DNA of 60,599 bases, counting the filler, from Sphacelaria rigidula (lineage: Eukaryota), in the NCBI GenBank assembly GCA_964200075.2. It is 4 parts of 4 records of this genome, joined end to end, with 100 filler letters (N's around TTAATTAATTAA, not from the genome) between each part and the next. Parts side by side here need not be neighbours in the genome. Positions count along the whole stretch, not along the records: positions 1 to 15,081 come from CAXNAA020001916.1; positions 15,182 to 30,255 come from CAXNAA020001917.1; 2 more parts are not named here. One strand, given 5' to 3'. Every line of letters starts with the position of its first letter. Position 1 is the first letter of the stretch. The translations under genes were made by a program, and so were the position numbers. Shown here one piece after another: positions 13,301-25,865 of the stretch. The notes below the pieces were generated by a model. That model was given only the letters and a program-made list of their open reading frames with translations. It did no database searches and was not told where the DNA came from.

Positions 13301-13886
13301 TTGAAGACCTCTCCACGGTCAAGCGGAGGACTAAAACAGGGACATGTTTTATTCCACTACTGTTGTACCGCAGCAAAAGTATTCAAGCTCTCTCATGTGT
13401 CGGAGCTTCATGGGTATGTTGATTGTACCGTCGTCGGTAAGACGAACAACGCGCTGTCCGTTGGTGCGACACTCCAGCCGGTGCCGTGCGTTGCGCGCCT
13501 CTACTATACCGTACTACTGGACTGTATTGTGTTCAGTGTACGATACGGTATTATTCATGATTTTGTACTGGGCTGGAACGCGCCACGTCTTACACCGCAC
13601 GAACGCTTGGTTTCGGCGTGCTCCCCTGACGATTCTCGAGCGAAATGTAGCGATCTGATTGGTGAGTTACCAAGCGAATCTGTCCCGCTCCAAATGCAGT
13701 CTGCCGATTTTTTGGAGGGATCGGTGCAGGGTTGTGCTTGCCGAGGAAATCAATAATGAAAATTCATTTTCCCCGGGGGCTGTTGTACAGGGTCAGGTAC
13801 GGACTGCTGTCTGAACAGCATGTTGATAGCCGCCCGTTCTTCAAAACATTTCTTCTCAGGGCGTGTCTTGTCAAGTTGTGTTCGTT

Positions 13887-14157
13887 TCGAAAACATGCGG
13901 TCGAATCGAATTCGCTTGTTTCTGCTTCGCCCACGCTACTAATTTTCTAAGATGGTTGAGAACATGAATGCCGTGAACGTATTAGGTACAAGCAAGTTCG
14001 ATTCCACCGTACTTTTTCGAGTCGAAAACATGCGGTCGAATCGAATTCGCTCGGTCCTGATTAGTCCACGCTATAATTTTCTCAGATGGTTGGGAACTTG
14101 AATATCGTGGACGTATCAGGTACGAGCGAATTCGATTCCACCGTACGTTTTGGAGTC
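13887..14157. repeat. Two tandem 135-bp units, each a fold-back hairpin
   Basis: TCGAAAACATGCGGTCGAATCGAATTCGCT at 13887 and 14022. Each unit ends in its approximate reverse complement (AGCGAATTCGATTCCACCGTACGTTTT). Confidence 0.85.
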
Positions 14158-14711
14158 AAGAACAATTTGATAAGATATGTCCCCAGTGTACGCGAGTCAT
14201 CCTACGATAGGGGGGGGGGGCATTTTTTTTCAGCGAGCAAAAACTTAGTATAATTACGGTCCTGATTTATTTTTCGTCCATTTTCGTCCAGATTTCATCA
14301 TGAAAGAAATTTGAGGTGGGTGAAAATAGGTGAAGATGGGCGAAAATAGGCAAAAAAATGAAGCCCGTCTTTAACGGCCCTTCGTCAGCTCTGACTGAGT
14401 GGTCTAGTGATTTTCCTCGAGCCAAAAGATGCCTCGTCGCACAACGCATTGCTCGAGTAACACAGGCAAGCAGTAGCCTTTGGCCAGCGGTTGTAGGGCC
14501 GACATATCTCGCCACCTCCCTTTTACCGCCGGGAATAACACGGTGCCAGCGCCTTGTGGCTGCAGACAATTACATCAACAATACATACAGTCGTACAGCG
14601 TTCTGTGCATTCCCCTGTGCCGACGAAAACTGACAAATGCAAACGGAGGCCGGGGCTCTCTGCTTAAAACACACGAACAGCGAAATGTGTGATCACCTTG
14701 CGTTTTGTGAA

Positions 14712-14813
14712 GAGTCATGCTACGATAGAGGGGGGAGGCTGTACTCATGATCATGCATGCCATAGTCATAGGACCATTGCATGCATGATCATGAGTACAT
14801 CCTCCCCCCCCTC
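14712..14813. mobile_element. Sola2-like terminus followed by an ~85-bp palindrome
   Basis: GAGTCATGCTACGATAG (14712) resembles the 6412 TIR. GGGGGAGGCTGTACTCATGATCATGCATGC pairs with GCATGCATGATCATGAGTACATCCTCCCCC. Confidence 0.65.
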
Positions 14814-14856
14814 AGGGGGGGACGGGGAGGGGGCGTACTCATTCGTTGTTTTCCTA

Positions 14857-14938
14857 CGAGCTGGGTCAGCCTAGAGTCTGCATGAACGTTTGCAGGCGGA
14901 TACGCCGGCTACTATTTGGAGTTAGACCCTGAAATTTG
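14857..14938 (-). mobile_element. Terminal fragment of mariner-like MITE family A (inverted copy)
   Basis: TA|CGAGCTGGGTCAGCCTAGAGT...GACCCTGAAATTT aligns to the reverse complement of the right end of copy 57476-58066. Confidence 0.7.
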
Positions 14939-14946
14939 CTATGGAT

Positions 14947-15081
14947 AATGCATGGAGTATGATAAAAAATCGTGAAGAAGCACATTGAGGTTTTTAAACT
15001 GATTATAGCCCTTAACTCACGAAAAAAACAAAAAAATAACTCAATGTGCTTCTTCACGATTTTTATTATGCCCCATGCATT
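14947..15081. repeat. Fold-back element with ~43-bp arms at the contig end
   Basis: AATGCATGG...AAAAATCGTGAAGAAGCACATTGAG / CTCAATGTGCTTCTTCACGATTTTT...CCATGCATT. Confidence 0.8.
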
Positions 15082-15181
15082 NNNNNNNNNNNNNNNNNNN
15101 NNNNNNNNNNNNNNNNNNNNNNNNNTTAATTAATTAANNNNNNNNNNNNNNNNNNNNNNNNNNNNNNNNNNNNNNNNNNNN
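15082..15181. other. Artificial contig linker
   Basis: N44-TTAATTAATTAA-N44, with stops in all six frames. Confidence 0.97.
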
Positions 15182-15329
15182 AGCCTTGGTACGATCACGT
15201 TCAATAGGATACATCTCTTGATCCTAGTGTCGAGGCGCGGGTCTCTGAGAATCCCGTCCAACCTGCCTATCTGTGTCTTACCCTCTTCTATTAATTTTTT
15301 CATGTGTGCATCCCAAGAACAATTTTTTT

Positions 15330-18300
15330 AGATCTCTACGCCAAGTGTTCGCCGGCAGAGAAAGTCGCCCACGATATCGGCCGCCTCACACGCGGCCGCG
15401 TCCCCACATCAACGTGACAACACCCACCCCCCTTCGGTGCTTTTTGTACGAAAAAATAATCAACAGGTACGGTATAACTCGACGTCAGGTATCACTCCAT
15501 CACTCCATGAAGATATTCATCGTCGCCAAGGGAGTCTGGCTTTTTTTGCCACAAATGCGTATGCCACGTACGATAAAACGGCATTCACGTCTTCCATCAT
15601 GAGTTTCCCTTCCGACAAATAATCGAACATATTCATATTCATCTCGCGCTGGAAACGAGTGAGTGACCCTAATATATCCAACGTAGGTCTGCTCAGACGA
15701 CCGCGCAATGGATCGATCGCCTCGAACGCGGAACCAGAATGCTGGGACACGATCCGTGCCGCCAGGCCCAATAACCAGTTCATGCCACGATATACCAGGG
15801 TGTAAAGCGATTGAACTCGACATTTTAGAGTCCCTCAACCACAGCGAAATACCATCAGCTGCATTACCAGATATCCCCGGAATATGTTTGGCGTCGAAAT
15901 ATCATTCATGGACTATCTACACAATCCCTCAATACCGCATTAGCGCCCCCGCTCTCGTTCCGTTTCCCCCTTGGCATTCAACAATCCATTGCACAGCAGA
16001 GTTGCATCTGTCAGGGGTAACACAAGGTCTCTCTCCTCGGCTGGTTCTTACGCGAAAATTACCATAATCACCCACACCGATATGATCACTCCCGATAACT
16101 GGAGTAAGTCAAAAGATATGTCACTCCGTTACCGTGAACCCGCTGACACTGCTTATGCGTTGAATCATATTTCCAGCAGAGGTCGATTTCCACACCAAAC
16201 CCGCCAATCATGGACCGCGACGCATCTGCGACCCACGATCGCGCCGGCGACCGAACCAGTGAATGGCGTGTGTGACCAAACATCCGACCACCGAAGACGT
16301 CAAGTCCATCAGAGACCGCCCACCTCCACAAATTCAGATCACCGCGAAACTCAGGTCCGAGACAACGCAACGTTGCCGACTAGCCCAACGTACAGTAAAT
16401 TCCGCCGTGCTGACACCCGCCTCATGTACCGTAGATATCCACAGCTTGCAATAACCGTGGCACGAAAAAACGGTCCAGGTCAAAGAATGAATGACACATT
16501 CATAAAAATAACAGTGAGATACTCCACTTCCTTTACTCGTGGCACGATTCGGATCGTTGCCACGGGGAAGAGCGGTCGAGAATGGTGTGAAGTTTGACCG
16601 CCATAATTCCAGCCGAGGATAAACGCAACTGCCTAACCTTGTGCTCACGACGTTTGCCACGATTGCTCCGCCATTTATCACATTTGATGCCACTTTTGAC
16701 TGAAAGTGGGGGCATGCGGTACAGTGCTGGGGCGATTGTCATACGCCAGCACAGGATTTGCACCGCTTGCCTCCTCAACATCCACTCGAGCCCCTGGCTT
16801 TAGTGCACCCGCCAGACAACGTATATTACGAAATGTTTCCACACGTCCAAGCCAGTGCGACGCTTGCGCGATATCACTGTGTGGTCAAGATGCGAAAAAC
16901 CAGTAGGATCAACAAATCGGTCAATATTTTTCCTCAACACCGCAAGCACATGACATCCCAGGCGTGCAAATATCTGCATTTGGTTCGCACTATATGCAAC
17001 ATCTTACGGCGAAGCAACACGGTATTTCCACTGCGCAACCAGTGGGGAGATCGCCGGCGGAACATCTCTACCTTGAAGCGAACTCCCCCCAACATCTAAA
17101 GGCGGTGCGACCACACCCGTCTGGCAATCCCACAACGATCTGGGAACAAGCGAGTCACGTTCACCGACGGCTTGGTCCGCTTGCGCTAAGACCTCTTGAA
17201 CCCGGTCCCGCACTTCTCAACGGCGTAAAGCCAAGCCACTTCGCTGTATACCTAAACCTGTTGACGCCACCGTGACCCTGCGGAGTTAGCACCACTATCC
17301 AGAACCGGCCACCGCACCCTCATCTGCCCACGCTGCCACCCAGCCACCACCAGATATTCCACAACCACCACCAGTAGTCCGGGTCGGGGTGGCGTGGTTC
17401 GCCGCGCTTGATCCTCTGCCGTCACCAGCATCACGCCTGGCCATGTCGGCCGACCCGCTTCTCGCCGCCGCTCGACCGCTCTAGCGGCCTCGATCTCGGC
17501 CGCAGTACGACCGGGACCCTCCATACGCTTGAAAATGCAACACGCTTCTCCCGGTTTGCATTCGCCCCTCTACTATTTCCAACGCATGAAATTCTATTCC
17601 TCGACTGGTACTGAGGTCACACACTTCTTCCCGTCGCCGCCGGCCGATCCCGTTGGCAAAATCCGTTTCCTGCCCGCCTGATCCCAGCTTCCTTCATTTA
17701 CCCTGCGCCTCATATCGGTGTCGTGTCCCATCGACGGGGATTTTGCGAGCTCTGGGATCGCAATGTCAATCGGCGCGAATAGAGAATAATGTCCTTGTCG
17801 TAACAACCAGCGGGCCTCCGTCGCCATACGCTTGGTCCAATCCCCCCTATCGATCAATTTCTGAAACATCTCCTTATCCGCCGTATTCATGGCGCGGGTC
17901 AAGGGGTATGGACGAAACGGGTGCACAACTGCGTTGACTGTCGCAGGTGCTACACGCGGCCTGTACACCTCGTCGCTCCTTGTCCCCATGTTGGCCGCCC
18001 GCTTGTAATTCCCGCTCCAACAACAACAAATTATATGCTTAAATGAGATCCAGCCCACCCACGAAGGGGATGTGCCGGCGAGCACACCAAAATAACTCCA
18101 GGGCCCAAACTCCCTTGACTTGGAATCCGCCCATGTCTGTCAAAATAGCGAAAACATCAGACATTCGGCATCACAAGAAGTGTGTCTCACAAGAGGCATG
18201 CAGCTCGATTACCGACATCGGGTTCGGCATCCGGCCGCACGATATCCAGATGATTCGTGTGCTGATCGCCTGCCAAGCATTCCCACGAGCCTTGTTATTT

Positions 18301-18900
18301 GCTTCACTCTGACGTCTGACTTCTTCAACAGCCTCGCCACTGCAAGCATGTTGCAAGTAGCTCGGCTGGTGTGCACCCGTAGACGGCGCTGGCGCCATGG
18401 CTGCGGAGTAAGCGGGGGAATAAGTATATCCAGTTACCACCGTGCCCATCGCCCTGGCGTAAGATTTGCCTAGTAGCTTACGGTGTACTCATGATCTTGC
18501 ATGCCGCAGTCTTATGACCATTAACCTCGAATCCCCACGAAGTCGGGACGGAGCACGCCGGGTTTTCGCCGGACCAGGTTCGCAATAATGTTCGGCGAGT
18601 CGCTTAAAGGCCGGTGAGACCGCAGTTCGTGACGCGTAGGCATTTGATGGCCATCCCGCGACGCTTGGCGGCGCTTGTGCGCGACGCATCGCCGTAAAGT
18701 CCCACGCATTTCCTCGTCTCATGTCTTCTGCTCCTCGTCCGTTATCTGTTGCTCCTCCCGTATTGGCATCAGATCCCATGGCACCTCCCCGATTTGGCTG
18801 TGAGCCACAACATCTGCAGGCGTTTCTTGTTCGGAATCGGTGGTCAGCGGTCATTTCATAGAACTTCCCCTGTGCAGCGACATTCATTTCACTCCCCGCG
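15330..18900 (-). mobile_element. Decayed DIRS/Ngaro-type tyrosine-recombinase retrotransposon
   Basis: Minus-strand order: degenerate CCCH-like finger (~17530-17590), RT-entry YDNRPS (~16725), RNase H motifs RSWVADASRSMIGGF (~16225), SAVQWI (~15990) and FDAKHIPGISGNAADGIS (~15850-15900), then YR N-terminus RSIARSSEQTYVGYIR (~15700), LSYVAYAF and RRPISW (~15380). Many stops and frameshifts; the RT core appears deleted. Confidence 0.75.
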
Positions 18901-19264
18901 GCCAAATCCCAACCCCTGAATCCCTCGTCAGTACCCCCACTAGCACCCCCACTGGGAGCGGGATCCGTCGTAGGTGGTATCAGACGGACTCATCAGCTTC
19001 AACACACCACAGAGAAACGATAGATGTGAATCCTGACAGTTGACAGTATCGTATAGTCAAGTATTCACTGAAAACGAATCCTGACAGTGCTATGGAGTAC
19101 AGCTTTGTTCACCGTACCCGACTTCACCCAAACAAGGAATGGATGACTAATCGGGCCGCCGTTCCAAACGTGTGCAAGTGCTTCTGCTCCTCACGGCCTA
19201 GGCGGGTCGATTGGCAATCGCTGTGATATATGGTAATTGATGGGCAAATCACTCCAAACACTGC

Positions 19265-19605
19265 GCCGATCGGCCCGGTGGTCAGTTGGTGATCTCGACA
19301 CCTCCTGACGGTTGGGTCGTGGGTTCGAATCTCGGAGCGATCTGGGATTTTTTCTCACACAATGCCCAACAGTGGAGAGCGACCATGTCGTGTGTACACA
19401 AATTCGACTCAACGGTGGACGAGGGAAAGAGACTGGTGAACCCATCTTACGATAATACGAGAGGGCAAGCATCGCAGAAGGAGGGTGGAGACCTCAAAGA
19501 AATAAAAAATAAAAAACTCCTTGTTGACCTTCCTCCGAGTGATCCCGGCTGGTGCGCCTACATATACCGAAAGGTGTAGACCGGCGTCCAGACATGACGA
19601 GACAA
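19265..19605 (+). mobile_element. tRNA-derived SINE, copy 1
   Basis: A-box-like GGTGGTCAGTTGG and B-box GGTTCGAATC (19322-19331). Body and 3' end homologous to 53918-54288. Confidence 0.8.
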
Positions 19606-20479
19606 AATGTTTCACAGTTTTTGTAGCGCGCAGGGAAAGTCGTGAAGGGACGGATGGTTTTCGAGGGAAACACATGTCCGTTGTAACAGGTATAAACCGT
19701 TCAAGCAAGGAAATTTCGATTCTGAACAGGGAAAGATGAACTACAGTACCCCTAATTACTGTTCTACATGTTTCATTTCCAGCGATGTTCTGCAAAAAAC
19801 TGTGGAATTGTTGCTCGTCATATCTGAGGGAGACCGGGCCAGCACTTTCCCTGGCTGATTCAGACCCCCTTTGTGTGAGAGAGAACAGATATATTTCGGA
19901 AAAATATACAATGGCCGTCAGCCTATGAAAATGACAAGAGGTGACTGTACTGGTTTGTTCGCTACCTCATCTGCGGGTTGCAAATAAAAAAAACGGCTCG
20001 TAGGTCGCAAGCACGATGCACGAGGGCTCGACAGCCCACCCCGAAACCAGGTGCCAACACTGCCACGAAGAGCCATGCAAGGCGTGATAGCTGGTTCAGA
20101 CTGGATTAAGCGCCTCTCATGGGCGCAAGTGGTGAAACAACCTCAAGCGTGGGGGTTTCCACCTCCTCGTTGTGTGTGTGCAGCATTTTTTTCGTTCGTT
20201 TCATTCAACTGGCTGTATTTCCCCCCGGGGACTACCGGGGGAGCTTAGTATCATCACGTCTGACTGTTGTCATAATGAGCGGAAGGACTGCTCGACGAGT
20301 GGCTTCCTTACACTGTGTCTTCTTGGTCACAACCATAGGGGGGTCTGTTGTCACGAGCAACTACGTGCGTCACGATGCTGTACTCTGGTGATGGTGTATC
20401 TCAGCAGACTGCTCAATGCTGCGTTTCAAAGATCGCTGACGTCTGTCGCCGTGTTGGATCGCTTCGCTGACCGCGGTCG

Positions 20480-20620
20480 TCGCCGGCGGCAACAGTATGA
20501 AGTCTCTCTCAGATACTGAACAAGAGGCGCTCGAAAACTCGATGACTAGTTCAAAGAAGTTTGTTTGCAGCATGATTGCTTTCGATCAGCTATGCGCTTA
20601 GATATACCCACCACTTCACG
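20480..20620 (-). pseudogene. Possible hAT transposase C-terminal dimerisation-domain relic
   Basis: LVKWW followed in another frame by TNFFELVIEFSSASCSVSERDF, resembling WW...PxLxxLAxxxLSxxxSSxxSERxF. By-eye match only. Confidence 0.35.
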
Positions 20621-21136
20621 AGCTGTAGACGTTACAGAGGTGCGGTAGCTCACGCTCGTGTCAGCGCAGCAGGCGAGTACCTCGCTGCTACATTGTCCCT
20701 GCTCTTCAATTCGAAAATATGCATGTACGCAAACGGCCCGCACCGTACTTGCGTCAGCGGCAGTTGCGCGACGGGGACATCGCCCTGTAACGTGTTATGT
20801 GGCGCTTAGAGGCGCGTCCTGCAAAAAAAATGCCGCACCCTGACGGTGGTTTTTCTTTCGAGCTGCTCACCATGCTTGGGCTGCCGTGTAAAAACTTCTG
20901 GCACAGATGCCATGGCCGAAACTGCTTGCGTATCCCGAGCCTATTGGAATTTCGATGACGACTTCAACCTCTCCCAAATGATGTCCTCAAATTCGATTCT
21001 ACGCCGTTACATGGGAACCGGTTTTCGACACGAAAATGCGATTATACTGCTTAACCCTTGTGGGACTGATGCTAAGTAACAAGGGATTCACCATGTATTA
21101 GTAAAATAATAATCAAGTCTGGGAGCGACCTGCCCA

Positions 21137-21438
21137 ATCAGGGCGAGGCGAAATTTATCGACCGCATCCGAAAGACCAGTGGGGGGGCTGTCGCCGGGAG
21201 TGATATCGCTGCCAAGTTGGTGTGTGTGCCCTGTCCCTGGCCCACAAAAGAGCCTTCGAAGCACAAGAAAGCCCACACGTGTGATCAGGGCGAGGCGAAA
21301 TTTAACGACCGCATCCGAAAGACCAGTGGGGGGGCTGTCGCCGGGAGTGATATCGCTGCCAGGTTGGTGTGTGTGCCCTGTCCCTGGCCCACAAAAGAGC
21401 CTTCGAAGCACAAGAAAGCCCACACGTGTGATCAGGGC
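21137..21438. repeat. Near-perfect tandem duplication, 147-bp unit x2
   Basis: ATCAGGGC at 21137, 21284 and 21431. The two units differ at about 2 positions. Confidence 0.95.
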
Positions 21439-24400
21439 TCGCTTTCCCGATTTTTTTTATCATTCACTTGCATTTTATATAGGGCCGACCCCACTGCCCC
21501 GATTTTTTGTTGTGTCACCGTCCTATAGTGAAACGTAGATTTTCACACTAACACATAGTTCTCGGGGGAAATTCAGAAATAAATATACCCTACCATATAT
21601 GTGGTCATGTTCACAAGGCGACTGAATCTAGCAACGTTGTGGGACGAGAGACGGGGCTAGAGGCATGAGTTCTGCGTATCCCTCTGTCGAGGCGGTACAA
21701 GCGGCGGTGAGGTCGTATGTCATCGACGGGAACGAACAAGCTGTGCATAGGTAGCTGATCTCCGTCGCGGAGAACTGCCCAGAACGTGTGGGGGAGTATG
21801 CAGCGGCAGCTGCTGCTGCAGTTGAAGAGGCGTACTGTACTGTATATGCGGCGCAACGCCCATGCCGTTCGGAGAGAATTTGCCGCTTGCAACCAAGAGG
21901 GAAATCGCGGCACACCCCGACCACAAAGGGCTGTGTGGCAAGGTGATAGGGACAATATCCAAGGTCACAAGTGGCGGGCAGCGGTCGCCACATCCTGTTG
22001 AAAGCTCTCCACGGCGACTCATACTGCTTGATACATCTGTATATTACCTGGTGCGCATAACACCCGAATTAGAGTACAGTTCGTACCTGCACCTGAAAAT
22101 AGATTGGATGAAACTTTCGGTCTTCCTCTAACCCTGCGGTTACATACATGAGTGGATTTTTAGCTACATAAAGCCACTGTTTCATGCATATACAGGACAC
22201 GTCATTCCTAACCAGCCTCATTGGTCGTTCTGGAGGCCCAGCCGCAAAAGGGTGAAGTTTGGGTCGTTTACTACAACATTTGGACACAATGTACAGCACG
22301 TATGTGCGAAGACCCCATTTTCCGGCTCACCTCCCATAGATCGGGGTTAAAGTGAAGTGAAATACTATCGCGCGAAGCGTGATTATGGCCGAGCGTTTGA
22401 AAACCGTCACGTGGCAAAAATCGAGGACCCACCCGGAATCAAGGGGATAACTATCGCATGGGACATGTCCTGTATCATTGTCTGTGCTGCAACACAAACA
22501 CACTCATTCTCTGTCTCATGTTTTGTAGCTGTTGCTACGCTGTGGTGTCTTCAGGCCTTTGTGCAACATTTTGATCTCCGCTGGGACTGCCTGAGTTGCT
22601 TTAATGTACACTGCGTTCGCCTTTATGAAAAATAATGTCGGCACGGAGTGTTCTCTACACAGTGTTGAGACCTTCATGCTGTGTTGGCTGTTTCGTCTAG
22701 ATTCAAACGAACAAGGCGCTTCCCAAACCCATCATTTCTATGCTGTAGCTGTCGCTGAGCTGCTGTGCATCCAAACAATCTAGGACGATCACGGTGCGAT
22801 GTGCGCTGGAGAGTGCCCGACAAGTTGTACTGCTGCATGCCGTGTTTCGTTCGGTCTGCACAAAATTGGGGTGGGATCAAAGTGTTGTCCAAACAATAAA
22901 AGTTAGAACAATAGTCACGTGACGGCTGTGCAGCTGTCTACAGCGTCTTCTCGGCTACTTCAGTTATAGTCGGGTGCTGTGATCGGGGAAGGCACCCAAG
23001 GCAGGTGCGTGCAGGTTGGGGCAAGCAAACTGAGCCAGCACGGAGCTGCTGTATCCTCGGTGATTGATGGTAGCAGCTGTCTGCGTCGCAGCGGCGCAAT
23101 GTGTGGGCCGATCACAGCCACTTTTCGACTCATTTTCCATCCGTTTTTCTTATCTGATTGAAGAAAAGTCGCTGCATTTTGGTGCATTTCAAGACTCTGA
23201 TTGGTCAAAAAACCTTTCCACTCGTAATAAGTCTTTTTTTTTTCTGTGAGGTATTGGCGATGGAATATTTCGGAACATTTTTCGGAACTGAATCACAAAT
23301 AACTCACGAAAAAAAGTGTAGGCGAGGAAAAATAAAAAATGGGGTCTTCGCACAAACATCCTGTACATCGTGTCAAAATTTCATTGAAAACGACCCAAAA
23401 TTGAGCAGTATAATCGCGGTCAATATTATTCCTGTCCACGCCTTCGGCGGCCCAGCCTGTAGAACTGATAGATGACGAACCTAAAATACTCGTAAGTGTG
23501 CCAGCACCTCTGTTTATTTGGCAGGCATATCATAGACACCGACATACTACCCAGCTGCAGTTGATACTGAGCCGATTCTTTCGCCCACTCACATCTAACT
23601 ATAAACGTTGTCGTGCAATCCCATGTTCACCGCTATGCGTTGTACAATCGTGTGATGGAACGTTCTACTCTGTGTACTGTCGGCACTGCGTCTGTATGAC
23701 ACTGTGAGGTACTGCACATCCGTACTGCTGCTGTGCTATAGCGTGCTGACAATGAGGAAAGAGCCTGCTCCCATTCGTGATTAGACAGCATACAACTTCA
23801 CCTTTTGGCCACGCTTATCAGGATCTTTCTCGCGGCATCAGTCCCGACAGGATGGCACCTGCTGTCGGATCCAGTATCCATGACACTCCACCGCTGTCAC
23901 CGTGTGCAAAGGTGGTGTCTTGGTGTGTCCAAAAATTTAAACTTTCAAATAAACGCTTTGTAGTGAAGGTCATTCTTGTTTCACGAAATGGTAACGTTTG
24001 GTCATCTTTCTATCACGGACGATCACGAATGGTAATTTACTGAGAGATAAAATAATTTGATAATTTAATTCAATGCGATGAAGTTCTGTCAATGCGAAGG
24101 CTACTTAATAGGCGCGGAGCCTTTACTGACGAACTGGGCAAGGAGAGCATATTTTGAGTGCCATGCTTTCTTCATTGCTTGGACGAAAGCTTCCCTGCCA
24201 GCTTTATGGAGTATCAACTGCACCATTGAGTAAAATGAACACTGTGTTCAGTGCAATTGGATACTGGCAAGGCATCAAAACGAAAGCCAAAACGGTGAGA
24301 TTCGCAGCACTCTGCAAGTATACGGTACTGCGGCGGCCTCCTATCTCGACCCACGTTTCGGTATAACGAGGCTACATCGACAGCTGGTTGTACTTGAAAT

Positions 24401-24919
24401 GGAAAATAGAAAATGATTCCTTCGAATGACGTAGAGATGGTGCAACAAGGTTGATGGAGCGGTCAGTAGTTTAGGAAGACCGAGCGCGAAGGCTCGGGCG
24501 CAGGGTGACGAAGTATAACACCCCCCGCCGATGAGCTAGTCCAGTACATCGTGAGGTTGCAATGTCTCCGCATTTTCCTTATTTTCTCCCCTCGGCAACG
24601 GACAAAGCTCTAATCCCCTATGTCTGTTTTAAATGGACAAGACTTAAGATGACAAATAACGTATTTGTAGCGTTGAACTCTTCATCGCGTTCAACCTTTC
24701 CGCGCCCATGGTCAACTGGCTGATCTGACAATCCCACCGATTCTTGGACGAAGGACAACAGTGTGGGCCACTATTTCCCCACTAGTCGGTCGCCCGGGTG
24801 CTTGGCAGATTTTATTTCCCGTGATAGTGTTGACCAATGGTAATGCAGTCTAAGATAGTGGACTTATGGCACCCAGTTGTGCAGGTGTCCTTTTATCGGC
24901 CTTTTTTTTTTTTTTTCGC

Positions 24920-25624
24920 AGCTCTGCACGTTACACGTGCCACACCGTTACACGTAACACGTAATGTGAACGTTCAAAAAAATTACGTGATGAACGTGAC
25001 GTAAAGTAACCGTTGAATTTTCAAATGGAACGTTAGCGTAACGTGTTGTTTTTCATGTGCCGGACGAATCGTAACGTGAACGTGAAATTGTTCAAACGTT
25101 CAAAACACGTGATATGAAACGTTTCGTGGAACGTGTAACGACTATTACACGTTACAGGTGTTTTAGACGTTACATGAAGCGGTGCACACTTCAAGTTTGC
25201 AATGAAAGCTGAAACCCTGGAAGATTGTGCTTCAATAAACACGAGTGAGTTTGAATTAAGATAACGTGAACGTGAACGTGTAACGGGCGGAGCCTTGGAA
25301 AATGTAACGGTCATGAACGAATGAACGATACACTGTAGAGAGAGAGTAACGTTACACAACCAGATAATGCGCCTACGATCAAACCCACGACGGTCCACGG
25401 TCAACGTCACGTACGCGGTAACGTCACGCGTTACATGACACGTTACAATGCCGTAAATATTGGTACATGAGCCGCGACATGCACAGAATGAAACGTTACA
25501 TTCGAATGGTACACGTGTCAATGAAACGTTAAATCAGACGTTACACGTGACATTGAAACGTTTCATATTACGCCACATGTAACGAAACGTAACGTAAATG
25601 TGTACGTGTACGTGCGGAGCCTTG
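24920..25624. mobile_element. Non-autonomous TIR element packed with ACGT/AACGTTACA motifs
   Basis: GCTCTGCACGTTACACGT (left) vs ACGTGTACGTGCGGAGC (right), with an extra end-like GCGGAGCCTTG at ~25287. Homologous to 51268-51625. Confidence 0.7.
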
Positions 25625-25725
25625 ATATTTTTTGGGTCCAGGATAGTTGCTCTCACGAAAGAGACTACAGTAGTGGGGACCACGGTGCAAGGGAGGGGTG
25701 TGCCAAGCCATTTTAATCTTTCTTA

Positions 25726-25865
25726 GACCGTGTTTTATGGCAGTCCCAAAACCCGATCTTTACACAGATCTGGGGAACTCAAATCGGGAAACGCCTTTTA
25801 TTGTCCCCAATTTGCCCCAACTCGGGGAAGCTCAGATTCGTATGTCACGATTTGAGAACGGTTTT
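25726..25865 (+). mobile_element. PIF/Harbinger-like MITE left end
   Basis: TTA|GACCGTGTTTTATGGC, the same terminus as 30076 (TAA|GACCCCCTTTTATGGC) and 45983 (GCCATAAAAGTGGGTC|TAA). Confidence 0.55.

Noticed and set aside
15126-15137. TTAATTAATTAA repeated at ~15.17-kb intervals
   Set aside because: Centred in identical N padding; a synthetic six-frame-stop linker.
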